A stretch of 64,000 nt of DNA from Actinomycetes bacterium (GTDB lineage: Bacteria; Actinomycetota; Thermoleophilia; Solirubrobacterales; Solirubrobacteraceae): positions 18,491 to 82,490 of the forward strand of contig JAJYHG010000001.1 in the NCBI GenBank assembly GCA_021784895.1. Direction: 5' to 3'. The notes beneath the pieces were generated by a model. It made no database searches, was not told where the DNA came from, and saw nothing but the letters and a program-made list of their open reading frames with translations. Shown piece after piece: positions 1-9,421 of this stretch. A program made the position numbers and the translations under genes. How positions within the stretch are numbered: the stretch's first letter is position 1; every line of letters starts with the position of its first letter.

Positions 1-1
1 G

Positions 2-259
2 GTGGCGCCTTCGTTGCTCACGCTCGGCTTGATCTCGTTCATGCTCTCCTGGAACAACTTCCTGCTGCCGCTGCTGGTGGCGAACCGGGAGCACCTCTGG
101 ACCGTGCCGCTCGGGATCGTCATGTTCCAGCAGGAGTACTTTGTGAACTGGCCCTATCTGATGGCGGCCGCGGTGATGACAACGATCCCGGTGGCCGTGA
201 TCTTTTTGATCTTCCAGAAGTGGTTCGTCAGAGGCATAGCCACGACTGGGATGAACTGA
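2..259 (+). CDS. carbohydrate ABC transporter permease, C-terminal fragment (gene continues upstream of window)
   Basis: ORF 2..259 has hydrophobic C-terminal TM segments and a tail (NNFLLPLL ... IFLIFQKWFVRG) typical of MalG-type binding-protein-dependent permeases. A matching ATPase gene follows it. Confidence 0.75.
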   Translation: MAPSLLTLGLISFMLSWNNFLLPLLVANREHLWTVPLGIVMFQQEYFVNWPYLMAAAVMTTIPVAVIFLIFQKWFVRGIATTGMN

Positions 260-426
260 TGCCTGCGGCTCATCCTGCCGAGCATGGCTGGCGACTTGGG
301 GCGCCGGGAGTCACCTCACAGTGTGTCAGCACCGGCCCGCGCCTGGGCGGCGCAGCTCACACAAGTGACGATGCTGGAGCTAGCTGTTGACTCGCATGAT
401 TAACCGCAAGGGAGTAGCATAAGAGT

Positions 427-1632
427 ATGGCGACTATTGAGCTGGAAGAGCTGTGTAAAAACTTCTCTGACGGCACTAAGGCTCTTTCAAACCTGAACCT
501 GACAGTGGCTGACGGTGAGTTCATGGTCTTGGTGGGGCCGTCAGGCTGTGGCAAGACAACAACTTTACGCATGGTGGCGGGCCTCGAGGAGCCATCCGGG
601 GGCACGATCACGATCGGTGAGCGTGTGGTGAACGATTTATCCCCACGCGACAGGGACGTGGCGATGGTGTTTCAGAACTACGCTCTTTACCCGCATATGA
701 CGGTGGCAAAGAACATTGGCTTTGCCCTGCGGATGCGCAAGGTGCCCAAGGATGTCATAGACAGCAAAGTCGAGGATGCCGCACGTGTGCTCGGACTCAG
801 CGCCGTGCTGAACCGCAAGCCTGGCCAGCTGTCCGGCGGGCAGCGCCAGCGTGTGGCGATGGGGAGAGCCATTGTAAGGGAGCCGGCTGTCTTTTTGATG
901 GATGAGCCGCTGTCCAGCCTGGATGCAAAGCTGCGCGTGCAGATGCGTGCGGAGGTGACACGCATACAGAGGCATCTGGGCGTGGCAACGCTGTATGTCA
1001 CGCACGATCAGATCGAAGCGATGACGATGGGTGACCGCGTGGCAGTGCTGAAGGACGGCATCCTGCACCAGTGTGACACGCCGGATATGCTCTATGACCG
1101 GCCAGCGAACCTGTTCGTAGCATCTTTCATTGGCTCGCCGACCATGAACCTCTACGAGGGACGGCTCGTAGAGGGCGACGACGGCTTGGCTGTGGCGCTT
1201 GGGGAGCAGCGTCTGAGTGTCGGGCGCGACACGGCTGAGCGACGGCAGAGCTTGGCGGCCTACAGAGACAGGGCGATCGTCGTCGGGATCCGCCCCGAGA
1301 CGCTGTATGGCGTGCAGGCGGCCGGGCTGGGGCCGGGCGGTCGGGCGGAGGAAGGCAACGGCGCGCTGAAGGTGAAGGTCGAGCTGGTCGAGTCGCTGGG
1401 AAGCGAGTTCATCGTCCACTTCCGGATCGGCGCCAAGACGGTGGAGGTGGAGGCGGCCGGCACGGATCCCGAGCTCACCGAGGTGACGGTCGGCGGCGGG
1501 GCGCGGGGCGGCCATGGGGAGGCGCGGGTCGGCAGGGACCACGAGATCAAGGCGGGCGACGAGGTCTGGCTGAGCGTCGACACGAACAGGCTGTACTTCT
1601 TCGACCTCGCGACTGGCGTGGCCATCGCCTGA
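427..1632 (+). CDS. sugar ABC transporter ATP-binding protein (MalK/UgpC/MsiK family)
   Basis: Walker A GPSGCGKTT, signature LSGGQRQR and Walker B FLMDEPLS are present. A C-terminal TOBE-like regulatory domain follows, and the ORF has an ATG start. Confidence 0.92.
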   Translation: MATIELEELCKNFSDGTKALSNLNLTVADGEFMVLVGPSGCGKTTTLRMVAGLEEPSGGTITIGERVVNDLSPRDRDVAMVFQNYALYPHMTVAKNIGFALRMRKVPKDVIDSKVEDAARVLGLSAVLNRKPGQLSGGQRQRVAMGRAIVREPAVFLMDEPLSSLDAKLRVQMRAEVTRIQRHLGVATLYVTHDQIEAMTMGDRVAVLKDGILHQCDTPDMLYDRPANLFVASFIGSPTMNLYEGRLVEGDDGLAVALGEQRLSVGRDTAERRQSLAAYRDRAIVVGIRPETLYGVQAAGLGPGGRAEEGNGALKVKVELVESLGSEFIVHFRIGAKTVEVEAAGTDPELTEVTVGGGARGGHGEARVGRDHEIKAGDEVWLSVDTNRLYFFDLATGVAIA

Positions 1633-1703
1633 GCCGCGCGGCAAGCGGGGCGAGCGGGGCGATCGGCGAGGCGGCCGACTGGCGGTGGGGCAGCTTCTCG
1701 CGC

Positions 1704-4037
1704 TCAGCCAGCGCCGGGGGCGATGGTCCAAGGCGGCCCGAGTTCGAGTCTCGCCGTGAGCGCCTCCGCGGGCAGCGGAGGGGAGAAGAGGTAACCCTGC
1801 GAGAGCTGGCAGCCAAGGCGGCCGAGGTGCTGGGCCTGCGCGGCCGTCTCGACGCCCTCCGCCACCACCTCGATCGAGAGTGCGCGCGCCATCGAAAGGA
1901 TCGCCTCGACGATCGCGTCGTCACGGCGCGTGCCGCCGAGGGCAGCCACGAACGTACGGTCGATCTTGAGCCTGTCGAGGTGCAGTTGCGAGAGGTGAGT
2001 GAGGGACGAGAAGCCGGTGCCGAAGTCGTCCAAGGCGAAGCGCACCCCGAGTGCGGAGAGCTCGCTCAGCACGGCCCCAGCGGCGCTGGGCTCACGCAGC
2101 ATCGCCGTTTCTGTGATCTCGATGCACAGCTGCTGCGGCGCGATGCCGGTCTGAAGCAGCGTCTCACGGACGGCGCTGACCAGTGTCGGGCTCGGGATCT
2201 GCACTGGCGAGAGGTTCACAGACACCGCTGCGGCGGGCGTGCCGTCAGTCAGAGCTGCCCACGCGGCTGTCTGGGCGCACGCCTGCCGCAGCACCCAGTT
2301 CCAGATCGGTTCGATCAGGCCGCTCTGCTCCGCCAGCGGTATGAAGTCGGCCGGGCCGATGCGCCCGAAGCGGCCGCTGTCCCAGCGCAGCAGGGCCTCC
2401 ACGCCGCTCAGCCTCGCGTCGCCGGTCGTCACGATCGGCTGGTATTCGAGCGTCAGCTCCTCGCGCTCGAGCGCGTGGCGCAGCTCCCCCTCGAGCCGCA
2501 GCTGGACCAGGAGCCGCCGGCGCATCGTGCGGTCAAAGACCGCGAATTGTGAGCGGCCGCGCTCCTTGGCGCGGTACATCGCCATGTCGGCGTTGCGGAC
2601 CAGCTCGTCAGCGTCCTCCACGCCGGTTCCGAGCGCGATCCCGACGCTGAAGCTGACAAAGTGCTCCCGGCCAGCGATCGTCAGCGGCTGGATGAGCAGC
2701 TGCCTGATCCGCTCCGCCATCGTGATCGCGTCGTCCGCCGAGTGAACCTGCTCGAGCAGCAGTGCGAACTCATCACCGCCGATGCGTGCGACCGTGTCGC
2801 TTGCCCGCAGCGCGCGCTTGAGGACCGCTGCCACGGCGGTCAGGACCTGATCGCCTGTCTGGTGGCCGAGGCTGTCGTTGATCACCTTGAAGTGGTCGAG
2901 GTCGAGGAACAACAGCGCCACCTGCTCACCGTGCCGGCGCGCCTGCGCGAGCGCGTGCTGCAGGCGGTCCTCCAGCAGGACGCGGTTGGGCAGTTCGGTG
3001 AGCGGGTCGTGCAGTGCCCGGTGGCGGATCTCGTCCTCGGTTGTGCGGCGGTCGAGCGCGTCGGCGAGCACGTTGGCCAGCGCCTGCAGGAAGCTGATCT
3101 CCGCCCCTTGCAGTGTGCGAGCCGTCTGGGAGTGGACGCTGAAGACGCCGAACGGGCGGCGCGCACCCTCCACCGCGACGCACGCGCTGGAGCTCCATGC
3201 GGCCCAAGCCTCCGGACGGGTGAAGCGCGGCTCATCGTCCCAGTCACCGACTATCACCGGCGTGCGGGTGAGCAGCGCCTGGCCGGCTGGAGTGTCGGGC
3301 CCGGCTGCGGTCAGCAGCCAGGCGGTCCCGTCGCTCTCCGGGTGAATGCAGCGCGGCTGCACGCTCTCGCAGCCGTCGACCAGGTCGGCGATGACCGCTG
3401 CGTCAGCGCCCAACAGCGCGCACGCGGATACTGCCGCCGCGCGCAAGAGCTCGTCTGCCGGCACGCCCTCGAGCGCGCGCTCGCCGAGTGCGGCCACGGC
3501 CGCCTCGCGGTCGGAATGCAGTTGCAACTGCTCCCCCAGCGTCTTGTAGGAGGTTACGTCGACCATCACCCCGTGCCAGAACATCCGTCCGTCGGGATCG
3601 CGCAGCAGGCGGGCATCGTCGCGCAGCCAGACGAGGTGGCCGTCCCGATGGATCATCCGGTATTCGTCGGTGAAGGCGCCGCCGCCACGCAGTTCCATCT
3701 CATGCTCGCGCTCGAGTGCGAGCGCACGGTCATCCTGGTGCAGGCGCTCCGCCCAGAGCTCTGGCCGCGCGCGCCACTCCTCCGCGCTGTAGCCCAGTAT
3801 CACCTCGATCTGTGCGCCGACGAAGAGCCAGCGTCCGAGCTCGCCCGGCTCGGCGATGTAGACGATCGCGGGCACCCGGTCGAGCAGCTCGCGGTAACGG
3901 CTTGCGAGTGAGTGGTCGGCCCTCAGCGCCAGGCCACCCTCCGGCCAGGGGGTTACCGGAGCTACCTGTCCGTCGTGCAGGCCAGCTTCCCGGTCGCCGG
4001 GGCTGCCGAAACTTGCTGCGTCACCTGCCACCACCAT
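1704..4037 (-). CDS. PAS-GAF-GGDEF-EAL signalling protein (c-di-GMP cyclase/phosphodiesterase)
   Basis: 777 aa. The N-terminal half is PAS- and GAF-like. It carries an intact GGDEF motif (RIGGDEFALL) and EAL motifs (GVEALLRW, DDFGTG). Confidence 0.9.
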   Translation of the reverse strand: MVVAGDAASFGSPGDREAGLHDGQVAPVTPWPEGGLALRADHSLASRYRELLDRVPAIVYIAEPGELGRWLFVGAQIEVILGYSAEEWRARPELWAERLHQDDRALALEREHEMELRGGGAFTDEYRMIHRDGHLVWLRDDARLLRDPDGRMFWHGVMVDVTSYKTLGEQLQLHSDREAAVAALGERALEGVPADELLRAAAVSACALLGADAAVIADLVDGCESVQPRCIHPESDGTAWLLTAAGPDTPAGQALLTRTPVIVGDWDDEPRFTRPEAWAAWSSSACVAVEGARRPFGVFSVHSQTARTLQGAEISFLQALANVLADALDRRTTEDEIRHRALHDPLTELPNRVLLEDRLQHALAQARRHGEQVALLFLDLDHFKVINDSLGHQTGDQVLTAVAAVLKRALRASDTVARIGGDEFALLLEQVHSADDAITMAERIRQLLIQPLTIAGREHFVSFSVGIALGTGVEDADELVRNADMAMYRAKERGRSQFAVFDRTMRRRLLVQLRLEGELRHALEREELTLEYQPIVTTGDARLSGVEALLRWDSGRFGRIGPADFIPLAEQSGLIEPIWNWVLRQACAQTAAWAALTDGTPAAAVSVNLSPVQIPSPTLVSAVRETLLQTGIAPQQLCIEITETAMLREPSAAGAVLSELSALGVRFALDDFGTGFSSLTHLSQLHLDRLKIDRTFVAALGGTRRDDAIVEAILSMARALSIEVVAEGVETAAQAQHLGRLGCQLSQGYLFSPPLPAEALTARLELGPPWTIAPGAG

Positions 4038-4213
4038 CCGCCTCCTGTGCAGAGCATAGCCAGTGCAGCCCGCGGCACCGGCAGCGGCCAGCCTTCTTTG
4101 CCCGAGCGGCCAGCCCGCTCGCCCACAGGGGCGTGTACTGCGGATGAGCGAAGTGTGCCGAATGCGTCACATTGCTGGCGTGGCGGTCCTAGAACGAGCA
4201 TATTGGGGGGCCG

Positions 4214-5039
4214 ATGACATCAAGATCAGCCACCGAGGCAGTCAGAGCGAGCAATCTGCCGATCGCCGCGCCAGACTGCTCGTCTGGCCCCGGCGGCACC
4301 GGCGACCGGGAGATCGCGCGGCTCGCCGAGCGCCAGCACGGTCATGTTCACCTCTACCAGCTCCGCGCGGCCGGCATCGGCCGCAACGCTCTGGCCCATC
4401 GCGTCCGCACCGGCCGGTTGCACGTCACCCTCCCCGGCGTCCACCTGGTCGGTCGCCCCAGCAGTGATATCCACGGGCGCATGATGGCCGCGGTGCTTCA
4501 GCTCAGAGGCGATGGCCTCATCTCGGCACGGACGGCCGCTCAGCTCTGGGGCATGATCGACACAACGCAACTGCTGCAGGCCGGGGACCCAATCGACGTG
4601 CTGGTCGTGGGCGGCAGCGCCCGGATCGACCACGGCGCTGCGAAAGAACCTCATGCGCGCCTTTGAGCTTCGTGAAGTTATCGCCCGCAACCCGCGTGCA
4701 AGCGGGATCGCCACTCTGCGCGCGCTGGCCGAGCGGCCTGGGGGTCCGCGTGATACGCGCTCGCTCTATGAGCGCAAGCTCCTGCGGCTGCTCCGCGATG
4801 CCGATCTGCCGCTCGAGTTCGATGGCTGGCAGCACCACGGAGGGCGCGAGCAGTTTGAGCAGGACCGGCTGCGTGACCAGCGGCTCGCGGTCGCCGGGCA
4901 GTGCGTGATCCGCGTCAGCGCACGCCAGATCGATCAGCGGCCGTACGCGCTTGTAGCACGCATCGCGAGCGTGATCACGGCGCTGGGGCTGGCCGGCGTC
5001 GGCAGTCCGGGCGGTGGCCCGCTGGCCACCGCCCGGTAA
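4214..5039 (+). pseudogene. decayed DUF559 (Vsr-like endonuclease domain) gene, frameshifted with internal deletions
   Basis: ORF 4214..4666 encodes the AbiEi-like N-terminal region common in DUF559 proteins (LAERQHG...LYQLRAAGI...RVRTGRL). ORF 4653..5039 lies in another frame and encodes the DUF559 C-terminus (EFDGWQHHGGREQFEQDRLRDQRLAVAG..IRVSARQI). The usual central and EVDF segments are missing. Confidence 0.6.
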
Positions 5040-5171
5040 TAACCGGTGGCGCCGTACTGTGTAGCGCCAGCTGGATGAGGCGCCACGACCTGGTGACCGC
5101 TGCCAGCGACCCATGCGGGCCGCGGCTGAAAGCCCGTGGAGCGGGCTGGAGATCCAGGCCGGGGACGCCCG

Positions 5172-5630
5172 TCACGCGCAGACCAGCTCGCGCGCCGCGG
5201 CTGGCTGGCGCGCGGGTGGCTGCTGGAGCGCGGGTGGCTGCTGGCGCACGGGAGGCTGCTGGCGCACGGGAGGCTGCTCGGGCGCTCGAGGCTGCTCGCG
5301 CACGGCGATGCTGGCTGGGCGCTTGCCGAGCTGCTCGGCCAGCAGCAGGCGCTGGCGTTCGGTGAGCGAGCCGATCGGCTTGATCTCGGAGACGCCGTTG
5401 CGCTCGAGGAACTTGCGGGCACGGCTTGAGCCCCAGCGCCGCTGCGACAGCAGCAGCTCGGAGACGGTCCAACGCTGCGCGGCCTCCGGGCAGCACAGGA
5501 TCACCTCGGCCGCCGAGATCTCGCCACGCGCGATCAGCCGCTTGAGCTCGGCGCGAGCCAGGCGGATGGCGTTCGCGTGCTCGAGTGCGCGGAGGCGCTG
5601 TGGCTCTGGGATCTGCGTGGTGTCGGTCAT
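5172..5630 (-). CDS. mihF: actinobacterial-type integration host factor (mIHF/sIHF-like) with C-terminal Q/P-rich hexapeptide repeats
   Basis: The core RLRALEHANAIRLARAELKRLIARGEIS...VSELLLS...LTERQRLLLAEQLG matches the mIHF pattern (RARAELK ... KVSALLEALP ... GDRQRKALLEKF). The likely start is MTDTTQ at 5630; the longest ORF extends to 5675. Confidence 0.7.
   Translation of the reverse strand: MTDTTQIPEPQRLRALEHANAIRLARAELKRLIARGEISAAEVILCCPEAAQRWTVSELLLSQRRWGSSRARKFLERNGVSEIKPIGSLTERQRLLLAEQLGKRPASIAVREQPRAPEQPPVRQQPPVRQQPPALQQPPARQPAAARELVCA
5210..5299. repeat. 5 tandem copies of an 18-bp unit (gcgcgggtggctgctggn-like) encoding (Q-Q-P-P-V/A-R)n in the IHF tail
   Basis: Read directly from the sequence. 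The units are at 5210-5227, 5228-5245, 5246-5263, 5264-5281 and 5282-5299, with a few substitutions between them. Confidence 0.85.
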
Positions 5631-5931
5631 CGACGTCCTCTCGTCTCTAAATGTTCTGCCTGCACAGCAGGGCAATCCGTGGGCGGACGCACGGAGCCGC
5701 CACCCGCACGGGTGCCCTTCTCAGCTTCAGCCTGCTCGGGCCGGCAACGCCCAAGCGTCCGCCTCTGCCCCCTGTGGCCCCGACTTCCGCGCGTGGCGCC
5801 TCCGGGACCCTCTCTGGACTGTGCTCAAGCTACCGCGCCGCGACCCTTCACGGCAAGGCCACAGAATCCGATCCGTTTGCTTAGAGCGTGTTTTTTCTGT
5901 TATCGAGGTGTGACCGCGGCTGGAGCGGTGC

Positions 5932-7194
5932 TCACTTCGCGCCGCTTGGCAGCGGGCCATGCTCGGCCTCGAAGTCCTGCTTGGCCCGGGCGAAGATCTC
6001 GAGCGCCTCGTCGAGCACGGCCCGGTCGTGCGTGGCCATGACGCTGGTGCGCAGCAGCGCGCCGGCCGGCGGCACCGCGGGATGGATCGCCACGTTCACA
6101 AAGACGCCGGCCTCATAGAGCGCCTTCCATAGGAACACCGCCTTCCAGTCGTCACCGACGACTACCGGGACGACTGGGGTTGTGATCTCGCTCCCGTCGG
6201 CGGTGCGGGCGGGCGGGAGCACCCAGAAGCCGCGCTCGGCGAGCCCGTGGCGCAGGTAGGCGGCGTTGGCTAGCACCTTGGCGAACAGCTCACGGCCCTC
6301 ATCCGAGCGGCAGATGCGCACGGCGGCGAGCGTCGCCCCGACCGCGGCCGGAACCGCCGAAGCGGTGAACAGGAACTGGCGCGCGTCGATGCGCAGGTAC
6401 TCGATCACTTCCGCGGAGCCGGCGATCACGCCGCCGCAGGAGGCCAGCGACTTGGAGAAGGTCGCCATCCTGAGATCGACGTCGGCCTCGACGCCGAACA
6501 GCTCACAGGTGCCGGCCCCGCGAGCGCCGAGCACGCCGAAGCCGTGCGCCTCGTCGACCATCAGGCGGGCGCCGTGGGCTTTGCAGAGCGCGACGATCTC
6601 AGGCAGCGGGGCGACATCACCCTCCATCGAATAGACCCCGTCGACCACCACCAGGATGCCGCCGCCGTCGGCCTGGGCCTTAATGAGCTGCTTCTCCAGC
6701 AGGTCCATGCGGTTGTGCCGGAAGGGCCGCATCTTGGCGCGTGACAGCAGGCAGCCGTCGAGGATCGAGGCGTGGTCGCCCGAGTCGGCTATGACCGTGT
6801 CAGCTGGGCCGAGGATCGTGCCCAGCGCACCGAGATTCGCCTGGGCGCCGGTGGTGAAGACCAGGGCGTCCTCAGTCTGGAACCAGCCGGCGAGCTCGCG
6901 CTCGAGCTCGACGTGCAGCCCGGTCGTCCCGTTCAGCAGGCGCGAGCCGGTGAGACCGGTGCCGTAGCGGTCGAGCGCCTCCTTGGCGCCCTGCTTGACG
7001 CGTGCGTCACCCGTCAGCCCCAGGTAGTTGTTCGAGCCGAGCATGATGCGCCGCTGGCCCTCCATCTCAACCACCGGCAGCGTTGGCCCCTCGAGCACGT
7101 GGAAGAACGGGAGGGCCCCGATCTGCCGTGCGGCGTTGAGCTGCTCGATGCGCTCGAACTCACGAGCCTTGGCAAAGAGGTCGGTCGTGGCCAT
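5932..7194 (-). CDS. PLP-dependent alpha-oxoamine synthase family enzyme (BioF/Kbl/serine palmitoyltransferase-like)
   Basis: 420 aa. Matches include GSNNYLGL, GSRLLNG, DEAHGFGV and the PLP-lysine motif TFSKSLASCGG. The length and N-terminus resemble bacterial SPT or Kbl. Confidence 0.85.
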   Translation of the reverse strand: MATTDLFAKAREFERIEQLNAARQIGALPFFHVLEGPTLPVVEMEGQRRIMLGSNNYLGLTGDARVKQGAKEALDRYGTGLTGSRLLNGTTGLHVELERELAGWFQTEDALVFTTGAQANLGALGTILGPADTVIADSGDHASILDGCLLSRAKMRPFRHNRMDLLEKQLIKAQADGGGILVVVDGVYSMEGDVAPLPEIVALCKAHGARLMVDEAHGFGVLGARGAGTCELFGVEADVDLRMATFSKSLASCGGVIAGSAEVIEYLRIDARQFLFTASAVPAAVGATLAAVRICRSDEGRELFAKVLANAAYLRHGLAERGFWVLPPARTADGSEITTPVVPVVVGDDWKAVFLWKALYEAGVFVNVAIHPAVPPAGALLRTSVMATHDRAVLDEALEIFARAKQDFEAEHGPLPSGAK

Positions 7195-7247
7195 CGGCCC
7201 ACCATCCTAACGTTGACAGCGCCGCGAGCGCTGTCAAGATCACTGGC

Positions 7248-7547
7248 GTGCCGACGGGCGAAGAGGAGCTTTACGAGATCGAAGTCCTTGACGGGGAGCT
7301 CGTTCCCGTGCCGGCCGGTGTGCTCGAGCCCGCCGCAGGCGACCGGCTGGCGCTGTGGATCGCTCAGCCCGGAGTGCAGGCGGCGGTCGTGGCCGCGACC
7401 GGCTTCGTGGCCGGCGCGGCGACCATGGCGCTGCTGCGCCGCTACGGGCAGTCGCGGCTGGAGCGGGCAGCCGCTGGCCAGGCGCTCGAGACCCCGCGCC
7501 TGCGAGAGGTGCGCACCTACGTGGTCTCCGTCCGACGGCTGGGATGA
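7248..7547 (+). CDS. hypothetical protein (99 aa, one predicted TM segment)
   Basis: The ORF has G/C-rich third codon positions. Its stop overlaps the next gene's start as ATGA (7544-7547), which suggests translational coupling. Confidence 0.45.
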   Translation: MPTGEEELYEIEVLDGELVPVPAGVLEPAAGDRLALWIAQPGVQAAVVAATGFVAGAATMALLRRYGQSRLERAAAGQALETPRLREVRTYVVSVRRLG

Positions 7548-8455
7548 GCACCGAGCTCAGGCTCGAGGTACAGCCACGCTGGCCGTTGCGGCTGCGCCAC
7601 CGCAGTGGCATGGACGGGCTCAGCCCGGTGCGCGGCGGAGTGCTGCAGCGGCTGGTGCATGAGCCGCTGGAGGAGCAGGCGTGGCCGGTCCAGCTGCGCG
7701 TCGCGCAGCTGTCGTCGGGCAACGTGCTGCTCGGCGCCCGCGCGGAGCGCCGGGAGCTCGCCGAGCGGGCGATCGCTCGCATGCGCCGCGCGCTCTGGAT
7801 CGACACCGACCTGCGGGCCTTCCATCGCACTTTCCGTGAGGACCCGTTGATCGGCCGGGCGCTGCGCGCCGACCCGCGGCTGCGCCCGGCGGGGCGCCCG
7901 GATGCCTTTGAGGCGCTCGCCTGGGCGGTGACCGAACAGCTGATCGAGTACGAGCGCGCCGCTGCAATCCAGCGGCGGCTGGTGGCGGCGCTTGGGCGCT
8001 ATGACGCCACCAGTGGCCTGCGCGACTCGCCGTCGGCGGTGCGCCTGGCGGGCTGCGCGCCGGCGCAGCTGGAGGCGCTCGGCCTGGCCGGCTCGCGCGC
8101 GCTGGCGCTGGTGCGCGTCGCCCGTGCAGTCGCGCGCGGCCAGCTTGAGCTCGACAGCAGCGACCCCGCTGTGCAGGAGGATGGCTGGCGGCGGCTGCGG
8201 GCGCTCCCGGGGATCGGCAGCTGGACCGTGGAGATCCTTGCGCTCACCGGCCAGGGCCGCATCGACCAGCTCCCGGCTGGGGATCTGGGCCTGCTCAAGC
8301 TGGTCGGCCGGCTGCTCTCGGGCGGCGACCCGAAGGCCCGCGCGGACGAGCGGCAGGTGCGCGAGCTCTTTGCCCGCTTCGGGCCCTGGCAGGGCCTCGC
8401 CGCGAGCTACGCGCTGCGGGCCGGCGGGGTGCTAAAGACGCCGCTGGCTGCGTAG
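7544..8455 (+). CDS. DNA-3-methyladenine glycosylase II family protein (AlkA-like, HhH-GPD)
   Basis: The HhH-GPD region reads LRALPGIGSWTVEILALTGQGRIDQLPAGDLGL. The start was taken at ATG 7544 (MSTELRLEV); the longer ORF from 7355 overlaps the upstream gene. Confidence 0.8.
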   Translation: MSTELRLEVQPRWPLRLRHRSGMDGLSPVRGGVLQRLVHEPLEEQAWPVQLRVAQLSSGNVLLGARAERRELAERAIARMRRALWIDTDLRAFHRTFREDPLIGRALRADPRLRPAGRPDAFEALAWAVTEQLIEYERAAAIQRRLVAALGRYDATSGLRDSPSAVRLAGCAPAQLEALGLAGSRALALVRVARAVARGQLELDSSDPAVQEDGWRRLRALPGIGSWTVEILALTGQGRIDQLPAGDLGLLKLVGRLLSGGDPKARADERQVRELFARFGPWQGLAASYALRAGGVLKTPLAA

Positions 8456-8462
8456 GCCAACT

Positions 8463-9404
8463 TCAGATCCCCTGCCCCTGAAGCAGCTGGTTGGTCGACG
8501 CCGAGCTGACCGCGTTCGGGTTGGTCAGGACGTGATTGGTGGTCATCCAGGTGCCGAACGCGTTCCACTGCGCCTCGCGCTGAAAGCCCCAGACACGCAG
8601 GCCCGGCGGGAACATCTCGGGTAGCGCCGCCTTCAGCATCGCCAGCTCGTAGCGGCGCCGCGGGGCCAGTGCCGGGTTTGCGGCAATGAGCTTACTGACC
8701 GCCTGGGCGGGATCGGCGCGTGCCGCCCGGTAGCCGCGCGCGAGCGCCTGGATGAAACGCCTGAGGACGCCCGAGCGGTCGGTGATCGTCTCGGCCCGCA
8801 CGGCCACCGTCAGGCCGTCGTAGGTGGGCGCGCCCGGTGCGGCCAGCAGCTGGCGCAGCTTGGCCGGCCAGACCTGTGTGACCGGCGCGGGGACGGTGGT
8901 GACGGCGGGCGCGCTGACGACCCGCTTGGACCGGCTGCTCTTACGCTGCCCGTGGGCCGGCGCGCCTGTGACCGGGGCCGTGCCGCCGGTGGGCGGGGCG
9001 GCAGGCAGCGTGATCCTGATCGTGTTCAGAGGGGCGTGCAGCAGCGCCGCGACGCCGGCCACGGGCTCGTTGAGGTTGCGCTGCAGGAACACGCTCGGCT
9101 CGGAGGCCACGGCCAGGAGCACGCGCCCGTCGTGGAGCATCGTCAGCGGATTCTGGCCGCGCGCGGGGATCTGGAAGCGGACGTCCAGGTCGGTCTGCTT
9201 GAAGTAGCCGAGCGCCTGCGCTTCGTAGAAGCCCGCGTAGAGCGCATTGGGTGCGCCGGCGAGCTCGATCGTCACGTGGTTGGCGCTGTGCGGGGCTGGC
9301 GTGAAGGTGTTGGCGATCGCGCCGCAGCCGGCGAGCGCCAGGGCCACCAGCAGTGACGCGCCGGCGCGGGCGACGGCGGGCGTCGGGTGTCTGCGCGGTG
9401 TCAT
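8463..9404 (-). CDS. lipoprotein, NMT1/THI5-like ABC substrate-binding protein (nitrate/sulfonate/bicarbonate family)
   Basis: A lipobox-like LALAGCG is present. APNALYAGFYEAQALGYFKQTDLDV is typical of the NMT1 family. An internal low-complexity insertion (PAAPPTGGTAPVTGAPAHGQRKSSRSKR) is present. No cognate permease or ATPase is adjacent. Confidence 0.7.
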   Translation of the reverse strand: MTPRRHPTPAVARAGASLLVALALAGCGAIANTFTPAPHSANHVTIELAGAPNALYAGFYEAQALGYFKQTDLDVRFQIPARGQNPLTMLHDGRVLLAVASEPSVFLQRNLNEPVAGVAALLHAPLNTIRITLPAAPPTGGTAPVTGAPAHGQRKSSRSKRVVSAPAVTTVPAPVTQVWPAKLRQLLAAPGAPTYDGLTVAVRAETITDRSGVLRRFIQALARGYRAARADPAQAVSKLIAANPALAPRRRYELAMLKAALPEMFPPGLRVWGFQREAQWNAFGTWMTTNHVLTNPNAVSSASTNQLLQGQGI

Positions 9405-9421
9405 CTCGTATCAGTATCCCG

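Noticed and set aside
637-1731. A 364-aa minus-strand ORF overlapping the ABC ATPase gene.
   Set aside because: It is an antisense shadow ORF typical of high-GC DNA. It is Arg/Pro/Ala-rich and low in complexity, while the plus-strand frame has unambiguous ABC motifs.
2661-3911. A 416-aa plus-strand ORF inside the GGDEF-EAL gene.
   Set aside because: It is an antisense shadow ORF. The minus-strand frame carries intact GGDEF and EAL motifs.
5210-5299. Tandem repeats here and at 22772-22799 as a possible CRISPR array.
   Set aside because: The units are contiguous (18 bp and 7 bp) with no spacers, no cas genes are present, and the first set is in-frame coding sequence.
5113-5913. A 266-aa plus-strand ORF across the IHF gene and its upstream region.
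   Set aside because: It is antisense to the IHF-like gene. The repeat region translates to an implausible GGCW/RTGGCW repeat, and I recognise no family.
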